Below, in pieces: positions 36,077 through 45,245 of a stretch of DNA of 64,000 nucleotides; position 1 is the stretch's first letter, and every line of letters starts with the position of its first letter. A model generated the notes under the pieces. It worked only from the letters and a program-made list of their open reading frames with translations, was not told where the DNA came from and did no database searches. The stretch is from Minisyncoccia bacterium (GTDB lineage Bacteria; Patescibacteriota; Minisyncoccia; UBA6257; GWB1-50-10). The stretch covers positions 85-64,084 of the forward strand of contig JBEKVQ010000003.1 in NCBI GenBank assembly GCA_049997815.1, read 5' to 3'. The translations under genes and the position numbers were made by a program.

Positions 36077-37294
36077 TTATTTCTTTTTCTTTCTTAGAAA
36101 CGTCGGAATCTCCCAGGGCTCGTTCTTATCAAGCTTTGGCGGGTTGAATTTGGATCCCCTTTCTTTCTCTTCGACGCCTTCCTCCGCCCTTTCTTGCTTC
36201 TCCTCTTGACTTAATCCGGTCTTCGTATCTTTCTTAGCCGATTCACTCGTTACGAAGAGCGAGGGCATCATGGAACGCTGGGGGAAAACCCCGTTAAAAC
36301 CCGTCGCTATCACCGTCACCTTCAGGGCCTTGTCCTTTAATCCGCGATCGTGATAGGCGCCGAAGATGACGCGGGCGTTGGCATCCAAATTAGCCGAGAT
36401 GGCCTTCGCGATCTCGTTTATCTCTGACATTTTCAGATCTTTCGTGCCGGCGATACTGAAAACGATCCCCTTCGCTCCGTCCAAAGACACTTCGAGAAGC
36501 GGCGAGTTGATTGCCGAGTTCACCGCTTTTATGCTCCGATCCTGACCCGAGGCCGTCCCGATACCGATTAGGGTCGTTCCGGCATCTTTCAAAACGGTTT
36601 TCACGTCCGCAAAATCAACATTGATGATTCCCGGCATGTTCACGAGTTCGGTGATCGCCTGCACCGCCTGCTTCAAAACGTCATCGATGAAAGAGAAGGC
36701 CTTCAAAATCGGCGTATCCTTGTCAATCAGAGAAAAAATTCTGTCGTTCGGAATGATAACGAGGGCATCAACTTTTTCTTTGAGCCGGCTTAATCCTTCC
36801 TGCGCGATACTCATGCGCTGCGCGCCCTCAAAAGCAAATGGCTTCGTAACGACCGCAACCGTAAGAATTCCTTTTTCCTTCGCGATCTCCGCGATGACCG
36901 CGGAACCGGAGGTTCCCGTACCGCCACCCATGCCCGCGGTGATGAAAACAATATCCGCTCCTTCAAGCGCCTCGCCAATCTCGGAACGATTTTCTTCCGC
37001 CGCCTGCTTTCCGATCTCGGGATTCATGCCCGCACCTAAACCCCGCGTAAGCGCCTTTCCGATGTAAATCTTTTTATGGGCTACCGTATAATCCAAATCC
37101 TGGGCATCGGTATTCACCGCAATGAACTCGACGCCCCGCGGTCGTTCGCCCGCCATCATGCGCGATACCGCGTTCCCGCCGCCGCCGCCAATGCCCACAA
37201 CCTTAATGCGCGTGAGTCCCTTTCTAGAATCACCCGATTTTTTTGTTTTGGAAACCGCCGGTCTCTTATTCGTTTTTCTCTTTTTCTTACTCAT
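36077..37294 (-). CDS. ftsZ: cell division protein FtsZ
   Basis: GIGGGGGNAV tubulin signature; NTDAQ; 405 aa. Confidence 0.95.
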   Translation of the reverse strand: MSKKKRKTNKRPAVSKTKKSGDSRKGLTRIKVVGIGGGGGNAVSRMMAGERPRGVEFIAVNTDAQDLDYTVAHKKIYIGKALTRGLGAGMNPEIGKQAAEENRSEIGEALEGADIVFITAGMGGGTGTSGSAVIAEIAKEKGILTVAVVTKPFAFEGAQRMSIAQEGLSRLKEKVDALVIIPNDRIFSLIDKDTPILKAFSFIDDVLKQAVQAITELVNMPGIINVDFADVKTVLKDAGTTLIGIGTASGQDRSIKAVNSAINSPLLEVSLDGAKGIVFSIAGTKDLKMSEINEIAKAISANLDANARVIFGAYHDRGLKDKALKVTVIATGFNGVFPQRSMMPSLFVTSESAKKDTKTGLSQEEKQERAEEGVEEKERGSKFNPPKLDKNEPWEIPTFLRKKKK

Positions 37295-37330
37295 ATTTTC
37301 GATATGGATAAATTGTAACCAAAATAGAAA

Positions 37331-38548
37331 TTAAGGCAATAAATTCCGGAAGAAATTCTTGACCGCCTGGCCGCCCGAAACGGGCTCGCTTCCCTCCAAC
37401 TGGCCCGAAATAACCAAGCCGGTCGCCACCGCGAACTCCGGATCATCCATCATCTCCCGATGAGCGGGATTCAGGACGTCAAAACCGCTCAAGTTCGGGA
37501 AGCCCGTCTGAACCGGCAATTTCAATTCCTGCTTTATCAAATCGGTCATGCCCGCCAGTTTTACTCCCCCGCCCGTCGCGACGACACCAGCCGGCAATTG
37601 AAAGTCCTTCCCCAAAACCTTTAATTCATCTTTGATGAGTCCCAAAATTTCAGCAATCCTAATCTCGATTATCTCGGCCAAGAAGTGCCTGGATATCTCA
37701 CCCTCGCTCTTGCCGTCCACTTCCTTGAGATTAATCATCTCCCGGCGGTTAATGTCCTTCGCCAGGGCGCAACCATAAGATGTCTTCAGCTTCTCCGCCA
37801 TTTCGATGGACGTTTTGAGCCCGATTGCGATGTCGTTAGTGACGTAACTCGAGCCCACCGGCAAACTGCGTACGTGAAGCACTTTGCTCTCTTCATAAAC
37901 GGCCATGCTCGTCGTACCCGCTCCGAAATCGATGAGGAGAACTCCCAATTCTTTCTGTTTCTTAGAAATTACCGAGCGCGCGGCGGCCAGCGGATTGAAA
38001 ATCACCCCGGCAACGCCGACATTCAATCGCTCCAACGTTTTTAGGACGAGATTTACTTGGGGGGCGAAACCCTCCACGATGAGCGTCACCACCTCGAGCC
38101 GGCTGCCATTCATGCCCAGCGGATCCGAAATGTCGCCCACGTCATCCACGAAAAATTCCCTGACGATGTTGTGGAGCACCATTGAATTCGGCATCATTTT
38201 CACCGCCCGCGAGGCCTGGATCACCCGGTCTACGTCCTCCGTTTGGATCTCACGGTCACCCCGCGCAACCGCCGCCACCCCCCTCGATGCCCTCGCTTTC
38301 ACCTGCTCGCTCTGAACGCTTATAAAAACATTCTGGACGGATTTTTTGGATATCTTTTTTAGGTCGGCAACGAGCACGTGGAGTGACTGCGTCGCTTCTT
38401 CCACATCAACCAGAACGCCGCGTCGGAAACCGCTCATCGGCTGCTTGAAAACAGAGATAACGGAAAGAATTCCGTCTTTTTTCACTTCCGCAACGACGCC
38501 TTTTACCTGCGACGTGCCGATATCCAGTCCGGTAATGATGTTAGACAT
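37331..38548 (-). CDS. ftsA: cell division protein FtsA
   Basis: LDIGTSQVKGVVAEV actin-like ATPase N-terminus; 405 aa; directly upstream of ftsZ. Confidence 0.9.
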   Translation of the reverse strand: MSNIITGLDIGTSQVKGVVAEVKKDGILSVISVFKQPMSGFRRGVLVDVEEATQSLHVLVADLKKISKKSVQNVFISVQSEQVKARASRGVAAVARGDREIQTEDVDRVIQASRAVKMMPNSMVLHNIVREFFVDDVGDISDPLGMNGSRLEVVTLIVEGFAPQVNLVLKTLERLNVGVAGVIFNPLAAARSVISKKQKELGVLLIDFGAGTTSMAVYEESKVLHVRSLPVGSSYVTNDIAIGLKTSIEMAEKLKTSYGCALAKDINRREMINLKEVDGKSEGEISRHFLAEIIEIRIAEILGLIKDELKVLGKDFQLPAGVVATGGGVKLAGMTDLIKQELKLPVQTGFPNLSGFDVLNPAHREMMDDPEFAVATGLVISGQLEGSEPVSGGQAVKNFFRNLLP

Positions 38549-38981
38549 AGGTCGGTCGAATTTTTAGTTCTTTGCACAATCGTTCCTCCAGCCTTTCCAT
38601 CTTCATCCTATCACGCTTCCTCTTGTGTGTATATCTCAAAAGGTGCAAAAAACCATGGACGAAGAGGAATTTCGGATCATCTCCCCGAGCATTCGCGCAA
38701 TCCGGCGCCAAAAAAATTTCACCCAAATAACGGGTGTTTCTCTTCAGGTCCGGCCGGACCGAGCCCGTTTCGGCTTCAAAACTCAGGATGTTTGCCACCT
38801 GATTCTTCCCTCGGAATTTACGATTCAGAGCTTTCATTTCGGAGTCGGATATCAGGTGAACCTCCAAGCCGATGTTGTTCTTCTTTAGGAGCCCAGGCAA
38901 CTTCCGACCGATACTTTTAATACCGCTCGCATCTCGTTTATATTTGCCGCGAGAAATGAAAACCGATATAGAATTCGCCAT
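38541..38981 (-). CDS. ybeY: rRNA maturation RNase YbeY
   Basis: 146 aa with HGFLHLLRYTH (HxxxHxxxxxH) metal-binding motif. Confidence 0.75.
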   Translation of the reverse strand: MANSISVFISRGKYKRDASGIKSIGRKLPGLLKKNNIGLEVHLISDSEMKALNRKFRGKNQVANILSFEAETGSVRPDLKRNTRYLGEIFLAPDCANARGDDPKFLFVHGFLHLLRYTHKRKRDRMKMERLEERLCKELKIRPTYV

Positions 38982-38990
38982 ATTGAACCG

Positions 38991-39452
38991 CTAAACCAAT
39001 TTCTCCTTAATGAGTTTGGTCACCAGGGCAGGGTCGGCAACGCCCTTTAGTTTTTTCATCGCTTCCCCCATGACCCTGCCGAAGTCCTTTGCGCCGGCGG
39101 GCTTTGTCATCCGTATGGTTTCATCCACGATCTTTAGAACCGCGGCGGCATCAAGCTGAGCCGGCAAATAACCTTCGAGGATCCTCAGCTCGCCGGCTTC
39201 TTTCTCCGCCAGTTCCGGACGCCCGCCCTTCACGTAAATTTCCATGGCCTCCTTCCTTTTTTTGGCCTCTTTCCCCAAAATATCCAAAAGTTCTTCGTCG
39301 CTCAGCTCGGGATTTTCTCCCTTGCCTTTCTTTTCAATCTCCCGATTGTGAGCGCTCGCCAAAAAAAGGCGCAGAGTACCGACCTTAACGTCATTTCTTT
39401 GCTTAAGGGCCTGGATCAGTTCGCTGTTTATTCGTTCTTTGAGTCCCGCCAT
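38991..39452 (-). CDS. GatB/YqeY domain protein
   Basis: 153 aa: INSELIQALKQRNDVKVGTLRLFLASAHN ... EGYLPAQLD, the typical YqeY pattern. Confidence 0.8.
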   Translation of the reverse strand: MAGLKERINSELIQALKQRNDVKVGTLRLFLASAHNREIEKKGKGENPELSDEELLDILGKEAKKRKEAMEIYVKGGRPELAEKEAGELRILEGYLPAQLDAAAVLKIVDETIRMTKPAGAKDFGRVMGEAMKKLKGVADPALVTKLIKEKLV

Positions 39453-39461
39453 TTTTTAAAT

Positions 39462-39677
39462 CTAACGATAGCCGTATTTTTTGAGCCGGGAAATTTCCGC
39501 CTTCTTGTTCTGGCGATAAAGCGCGCTCAAGCGGCGTTTCCTTTTGTTTTCCGGGCGGGTGTGAGCACGGCGCTTTTTGACCTCTTTCAAGACCCCGCTC
39601 TGCTGGATCCGCTTCGAAAAGCGGTAAAGAAAAGAGCCGACGTTCTCATTCTTCCTTCTTTTGACTTCCATTGGCAT
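39462..39677 (-). CDS. rpsU: 30S ribosomal protein S21
   Basis: 71 aa, basic, MPMEVKRRKNENVGSFLYRFSKRIQQSGVLKEVKKRRAHTRPENKRKRR. Confidence 0.85.
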   Translation of the reverse strand: MPMEVKRRKNENVGSFLYRFSKRIQQSGVLKEVKKRRAHTRPENKRKRRLSALYRQNKKAEISRLKKYGYR

Positions 39678-39720
39678 AATTTTTAATTTGTTTTTTAGGA
39701 TTCTATTGTAATTCGACCGT

Positions 39721-40131
39721 TTAGCTCGCTTTCAGTATTTTTTCTTTGATCGATTCAAGGTCTTCTTTCGGGGGATTCTCCACCAGCGACTGAACGGCAC
39801 TGCCGCCGTCGTTCTGCCATCGCGGAATGATATGAATGTGCAGATGTTCAATCACCTGGCCAGCCGTTTTACCGTGATTGATGCCAATCGTGAATCCGTC
39901 CGGACTCAGGGATTTTTTCAACCTGGCGGTCATATCTTTGACCGCTCCAAACAGAGGGCCCGCCAATTTCGCATCCAAATCCAAAATATTTTCGACATGA
40001 ACCTTGGGAATTATGACCGTATGGCCCGGCGCCCGAGCGCCAACATCCAAAAAGCCAAGTGTATCCTCGTCCTCATAGACGATATAAGCCGGGGCTTTTC
40101 TCGATGCTATGTTACAGAACAAACAATCCAT
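39721..40131 (-). CDS. HIT family hydrolase
   Basis: Start taken at the internal ATG (MDCLFCNI...). Histidine triad EHLHIHIIPR; N-terminal CxxC typical of HIT. Confidence 0.8.
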   Translation of the reverse strand: MDCLFCNIASRKAPAYIVYEDEDTLGFLDVGARAPGHTVIIPKVHVENILDLDAKLAGPLFGAVKDMTARLKKSLSPDGFTIGINHGKTAGQVIEHLHIHIIPRWQNDGGSAVQSLVENPPKEDLESIKEKILKAS

Positions 40132-40135
40132 AAAT

Positions 40136-41440
40136 TTAATGAAGCCGTTTTTTAACTTCTTCAACCAATTTTTCCGTAAGGACCGTTTCCTGAACACCCG
40201 AGACCATATCCCGAATCATCACCGTCCCTTCAAAAACTTCCTTCTGACCCAATAAAAGCGCCAGGGTGATATTCATCCGCTCCGCAATCTTGAGCTGAGC
40301 CTTTAGGGTTTTCTTGCCGACCACCTCGACGACTGCAACGCCGCTCGAGCGCAACTGATTCATCAATTTCAAAGCCGACTTCTTGGCCTGGTCACCGATC
40401 ACAACGAAGAAAACCTTGGGTTTGGACTTGGCGTGCGGCACGATTTCCTGCCGCTTCATCGCTTCTATCACTCTCTCGATCCCCAAAGCGCCACCCACCG
40501 AGGGCGTCACCCGCCCGCCCAGAGCCTCCGCCAGATAGTCGTAGCGACTGCCCGTTGCGACCGGTAATTCAAAAGGCGGAGCGAAAATTTCGAAGACCGT
40601 CCGATTCATGAAATTATCCGTCGGAAGGAGATACGGGTTCGGTTCGTAAGCTATACCATTGTCCTCCACTAATTCTAAAACAGCCTTAAGGTGATTATTA
40701 CAACTTTGGCAGAGATAATCAAGAATAATCGGCGCTTTCTCTTTCACCGGGCGACACTTTTCTTCCGGGCACGCCGCAAGGAGCATGGGGTTCCCATCCA
40801 GGTTCTTCACGCAATTCCTGCATATTTCATCTTTATGGTTACGGTAATAATTCCGGAGCTTCTGCGCGAAGCCCGGCCGGCAAACCCGGCAACCTGCGGT
40901 ACCTATCTTCAAGACCAGGTTCTTCAACTTCAGCGCCTTCAAAAAATCGATTATCGCGAGGATAACCTCGCCATCGTAGATAGAATCAGCCTCGCCAATC
41001 ACTTCGAACCCCCAAACGCGGAACTGCCGGTTGAATCCGGGCTTTATCTTTATTTGCCGCAAAAAGGAACCGGTGTGATACACCTTGAGCGGAGAGGCAA
41101 AATAAGCCAAACGATGCTCGAGATAACTTCTCAGAATCGGGACATATGAATTGAAACGCAAGGCCAATCTTCCTCCCTCCCGGTTTTTTATGACATAAAG
41201 CTGCTTTCCAAAATCTTCTTTGAGCGAGCCTGCGGCCGACTCGAAGAGTTCGGCCTGTTCCAGAAGCGGAGTTTCCATAAAATAAAAATCGTGAAGCTCG
41301 CTCACCATCTGGCCGGTCTGCCAGATCACTTTTCGCCACTCCTGGTCCTTCGGCAATATTTCACTCACGCCGTTCGGCCGCTCAAAAAGCGTTTCCCGCG
41401 GAATCTTCACATTCTTCCTCACTTTGGATTTGTTCGCCAT
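40136..41440 (-). CDS. histidyl-tRNA synthetase paralog with cysteine-rich insertion
   Basis: 434 aa with GGRLALRFN (motif 2 region), SRYDYLAEALGGR (motif 3), a C-terminal anticodon-binding-like domain, and a Cys-rich insert (CRVCRP...CRNC...CPEEKC...CQSC). This is a second HisRS-like gene in the window. Confidence 0.65.
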   Translation of the reverse strand: MANKSKVRKNVKIPRETLFERPNGVSEILPKDQEWRKVIWQTGQMVSELHDFYFMETPLLEQAELFESAAGSLKEDFGKQLYVIKNREGGRLALRFNSYVPILRSYLEHRLAYFASPLKVYHTGSFLRQIKIKPGFNRQFRVWGFEVIGEADSIYDGEVILAIIDFLKALKLKNLVLKIGTAGCRVCRPGFAQKLRNYYRNHKDEICRNCVKNLDGNPMLLAACPEEKCRPVKEKAPIILDYLCQSCNNHLKAVLELVEDNGIAYEPNPYLLPTDNFMNRTVFEIFAPPFELPVATGSRYDYLAEALGGRVTPSVGGALGIERVIEAMKRQEIVPHAKSKPKVFFVVIGDQAKKSALKLMNQLRSSGVAVVEVVGKKTLKAQLKIAERMNITLALLLGQKEVFEGTVMIRDMVSGVQETVLTEKLVEEVKKRLH

Positions 41441-41442
41441 CT

Positions 41443-41982
41443 TTAATAAGCGGGGGGGGTGAAGGCCATTGCCTCACTCACCGGCCAGAGCCGGAAACGC
41501 ACAACTCCAACCAAATCGTCTTTGGGAAGCGGACCCCAACTCCGGGAATCAAAACTAAAGTTCCGATTGTCGCCCATCACAAAGTATTCGTCGGGGCCAA
41601 GTTTTTTCGTGAAATCGGCCACATCCATTTTTTGAAGGATGTATGGCTCGCGCAAAATCTGCGGCGAACCGCCGCTCATAATCTCGACCTGGCCATTATT
41701 TACTTCCACCGTTTCACCCGGCAGGCCGATAATGCGCTTAATGAAATAGGAACTGGGGTCCTTAGGATATTTGAAAACAACCACCTCACCACGCTCGGGA
41801 TTTCGAAAATGATAGGTTAACTCGTCAACCAGGAGATAGTTCCCGTTCGAGAAGCCCGGTTCCATGCTGGAACCGCTTACCAAAAAGGGCTGGGCAATGA
41901 AGGAGCGCACGATGAAGACCGCCGCGACGGCAATGATTATCGTCTCAACGACCTCAAAAACGGACCAAAGGAACTTTTTCAT
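41443..41982 (-). CDS. lepB: signal peptidase I
   Basis: 179 aa with VSGSSMEP (catalytic Ser), RIIGLPGE, GDNRNFSFDSR. Confidence 0.85.
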   Translation of the reverse strand: MKKFLWSVFEVVETIIIAVAAVFIVRSFIAQPFLVSGSSMEPGFSNGNYLLVDELTYHFRNPERGEVVVFKYPKDPSSYFIKRIIGLPGETVEVNNGQVEIMSGGSPQILREPYILQKMDVADFTKKLGPDEYFVMGDNRNFSFDSRSWGPLPKDDLVGVVRFRLWPVSEAMAFTPPAY

Positions 41983-42010
41983 ATATAATATAGTTGTATA
42001 TTAGAGAATA

Positions 42011-42592
42011 ATGACGAAAAATTCAAATTCCACGGCCAGCCGAAAGGAAAAAGAAAAAATCAGCCCAGTACGGGAGTTCGATCCTAGCCGGATAAAAATT
42101 GTGGCTGGGCTCGGGAACCCCGGAGCGACTTACCGCGCCACCTATCACAATGTCGGCTTTGCAGCCCTGGACCGAATCCTCAAGGAGAATGCCGAGAGAT
42201 GGAAAGAGGCAAAGAATTTTTTCTACATAAAATCCGGCAATTTCGTATTCCTGAAACCGAACGTTTTCATGAACGATTCCGGCGAGGCGCTCAAGGAGGC
42301 TCTCCGCTACTTCAAATCCAAGCCGGAGAATATGCTCTTGATCCATGACGACTCCGACTTAGAGATCGGCAAGTATAAGATCGAGTTCGGCCGAGGCGCC
42401 GCCGGCCACAAAGGCATCGCTTCCGCCATTAACCGGCTGAAAACGAAAGACTTCTGGCGGGCACGAATCGGCGTAAGGAGCGGGCGAGGTAAGGCCGGCG
42501 ACTTCATTCTAAAAAACATGAATCGAGAGGACGAAAAAATCCTAAGCTCGACTTTCGAGGACGTCGGGCGGATTCTCTTTCCTAATGGTTGA
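42011..42592 (+). CDS. pth: peptidyl-tRNA hydrolase
   Basis: KIVAGLGNPGATYRATYHNVGF N-terminal signature; 193 aa. Confidence 0.9.
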   Translation: MTKNSNSTASRKEKEKISPVREFDPSRIKIVAGLGNPGATYRATYHNVGFAALDRILKENAERWKEAKNFFYIKSGNFVFLKPNVFMNDSGEALKEALRYFKSKPENMLLIHDDSDLEIGKYKIEFGRGAAGHKGIASAINRLKTKDFWRARIGVRSGRGKAGDFILKNMNREDEKILSSTFEDVGRILFPNG

Positions 42593-44120
42593 CCTTGAAC
42601 TGCAGAGAGAGACTGAATGAGGCGGTGCCGTTGGTGCCAATGGAAATCTGAGTGATCGGCAAATTGACGTTCGTGAATTCCGAATCGGAAGCCAGGGCAT
42701 TTTTGAAATCAAAAGCGGTGTCATAGCTATCTGCCGTACCATAGAGATCAATCGGCGAACTGATCGAAGAAATGCCCAAGCTCTTTATCTTCACATTATT
42801 CGAATCGGCCACTTTCCCCAGATGGCTCAGCAACTCATACCAAGGCGAGGCGGTTCCCCGGACGCTTCGGATGGTTGACACCAGGCCATTGAACTCCGTC
42901 ATCTTCGCACTTAAATCCGAAAGCTCTTTTTGACTGCCGGAATAAGAAAAAGCGGCTAATTGATTCTCCAGTCCTCTCGATTGACTTATTAAGAAGCTGT
43001 CCGCAAAAATGAAGCTTATCATCAACACCAGAAAAATCCCGGCCGTGACGTCACGCCACAGGGATATAAAACCGAAAATCTGTTCTTCATAAATGGCCCT
43101 CGTCAGGCTCTCTCCACCCAGATTTATCGCTTCAAAATCACCTTCCTCCGATTCCTTTCTGCCTCTCATTGCAGCTCCCAGCGCGGTGTAAAATGCTGGG
43201 GTGGCATCATTCAGGACCAGAGGCACGGCTTTAATGTTGAAGTTTTTCTCCAAAAGTCCTATCACCTCGGATTCAAAACCCGGTGCGATAACGATGGTCC
43301 CGTCGGGCGCTTCGTTGAAACGGCTCATGGAAAAATCCATAACTCTCTTAACCTCATCGATAACCACCCCATCGAAAGCCTCGCGGGAGATCGTTCGTGC
43401 ATCTCCCTGAATCGAGCGCCACGAATGGAAATAATTAAAATAGAGGCGTCCCTCTCTTAAAATGAAAATATCCAAACCGTCGCTCGATATTTGAAATACC
43501 AGAGTTGACCGCTGATTCAGCTTTACCGAACGGCGAATCAGCCTCGTAAGCGAAAGGGCCGGAAACTCGAAAGCAATGGGGGTAAAATGAGCCTGGGTTA
43601 TCAAATCTTTCAATTGGTTGACCGTATTCCTGTCAGCGAAAGCGCCAAGCAGATCGTAACGATCCGGCGTCTCTCTTATTATTTGAGCGCTCATATTCGC
43701 ATCGGCCACCGGCATGGGCGATATCATTTGGAGATTCAGGGTAACCGTTTCCTTCATCCTCTCCTCCCCAACATTCGGAATATTGAAACTCTGCGTGTAA
43801 ACGGAACCGGGCGGCAAGACGAGCGTTACTTTCTGTATCCGCTCCGGATCATCGGGCGCGACAAGTTTGTGCAATCTATTCAATGATTCCAGAAGTTGAT
43901 TCGGTTCCTGAAGCTTATTATCCTTAAAAATCCCCGGCGGCAGGCGCAAGGACACCATTTTCGGCTTATCAAACTCCATGAAAACGTACTTCAGTGCGGA
44001 CTCGTTTATTTCCAAGCCGTCAAACTTGGGGCGAGAACTCAATTTTTCAAGAAGAAATTTAATTTTTCCGAGAATATTATTCATAGAATCAATATCTAAT
44101 TTATTGCAAGGATTGGTCAA
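42582..44120 (-). CDS. PilM-like (actin-fold) protein fused to a PilN-like TM/periplasmic segment
   Basis: 512 aa. The N-terminal ~330 aa have PilM-like spacing; a single TM helix (IFLVLMISFIFADSFLI) follows, then a C-terminal extracytoplasmic region. Weak call. Confidence 0.35.
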   Translation of the reverse strand: MTNPCNKLDIDSMNNILGKIKFLLEKLSSRPKFDGLEINESALKYVFMEFDKPKMVSLRLPPGIFKDNKLQEPNQLLESLNRLHKLVAPDDPERIQKVTLVLPPGSVYTQSFNIPNVGEERMKETVTLNLQMISPMPVADANMSAQIIRETPDRYDLLGAFADRNTVNQLKDLITQAHFTPIAFEFPALSLTRLIRRSVKLNQRSTLVFQISSDGLDIFILREGRLYFNYFHSWRSIQGDARTISREAFDGVVIDEVKRVMDFSMSRFNEAPDGTIVIAPGFESEVIGLLEKNFNIKAVPLVLNDATPAFYTALGAAMRGRKESEEGDFEAINLGGESLTRAIYEEQIFGFISLWRDVTAGIFLVLMISFIFADSFLISQSRGLENQLAAFSYSGSQKELSDLSAKMTEFNGLVSTIRSVRGTASPWYELLSHLGKVADSNNVKIKSLGISSISSPIDLYGTADSYDTAFDFKNALASDSEFTNVNLPITQISIGTNGTASFSLSLQFKVNH

Positions 44121-44544
44121 CCACCGACTGAAGCTGGATTTGTCCCGTGGTTTGGTTCACGACCGCGGTTGCCACTATATTTTTCTCCCTTGTACCCGCC
44201 ATGCCCAAAGAGGTAATGGTGTAAACGTAAACGCCAGCGCTATCATTTAAGGTTCGGGAGACGCCTATGGTGTCACTGTCGCTGCCGACCGTAAGCCCGT
44301 AATTTTGAGTAGAGGCGCCAAAATCCCGATTGCGGGATATCTTCACCAGGGCATCCGAAACGCCTGAGTAAGCGGCGCTCGCCGCCCGGGACTGCAAACG
44401 TTCTCCCAAGCCGGAACTGCTAAGAAAGTATGTTACGAAAGAACCGGCGATCACGACCTCAATGATAACGCCGCTCACTAAAAGAATGAATGAAAGTGCG
44501 ACTTGGCCGTTCCGAGAAGTCATGCTCAATAATAATGATACCAA
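44101..44544 (-). CDS. membrane-anchored protein, possible pseudopilin/pilus-assembly component
   Basis: 147 aa with an N-terminal hydrophobic helix after RNGQ; no canonical Glu5, so the pilin call is weak. Confidence 0.3.
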   Translation of the reverse strand: MVSLLLSMTSRNGQVALSFILLVSGVIIEVVIAGSFVTYFLSSSGLGERLQSRAASAAYSGVSDALVKISRNRDFGASTQNYGLTVGSDSDTIGVSRTLNDSAGVYVYTITSLGMAGTREKNIVATAVVNQTTGQIQLQSVVDQSLQ

Positions 44545-44593
44545 AATCCCCCGGCTTTGAAAGCCGAGGGATTCTTACGACAGAGAGCGGGGA

Positions 44594-45058
44594 TTATTTT
44601 GTGTTCGAACCGGATGAACCGCCGTTAGATTTGGGCGCGGGCTCATTTGAGGGGTTCGTTCCCGAGGGCTGGGACGGCTGCGGGCTTGCCTGGGAAGGCG
44701 CCAGTTCCGGATTAGATTCGATCAAGCGCACCAGTTGACTATCGTTCCTCAGCTTGGAATACCACACCACCTCTTCCCGATTTATTTTAATGAAGTCCTC
44801 CGGACCCCAGAAAACATTCGAGAACTTCTGGACATTCACTGGATTCTGCTGATTCTGGGAATTCACCTGCAAAAGATAAACATGGCTTAAACCAAACGAA
44901 GGAAAACGGCTCAGTTGGCCGAAGTAAAGATCGCCGGTCTTCAGATAAACCGCATAGTAGGAGGGGGTTCCTCCCCACATCTTCCAGGCGACTATCCCGA
45001 CCAAGGCAACAAGGAGAACAATGATAACGACCAAAAGTATTTTATTGATGTTTCGCAT
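44594..45058 (-). CDS. membrane-anchored hypothetical protein
   Basis: 154 aa; N-terminal TM helix and a Pro/Ser-rich C-terminus. Confidence 0.35.
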   Translation of the reverse strand: MRNINKILLVVIIVLLVALVGIVAWKMWGGTPSYYAVYLKTGDLYFGQLSRFPSFGLSHVYLLQVNSQNQQNPVNVQKFSNVFWGPEDFIKINREEVVWYSKLRNDSQLVRLIESNPELAPSQASPQPSQPSGTNPSNEPAPKSNGGSSGSNTK

Positions 45059-45245
45059 AGAACGAATTGGATTTTAAGAACAAAAACGTAAATTTCAGAG
45101 CGACCTTTTGTACAAGATTCATTATAACATAAGGAGCGAGGTTCCATCGCCATCCATCGATGTTTCCGCCCCAAGGAACGCGCGGGATTTACGAGCCAAT
45201 GAACGCGCCGATAAGAAAATGCGATTATTTGATATAATTTAAGGG

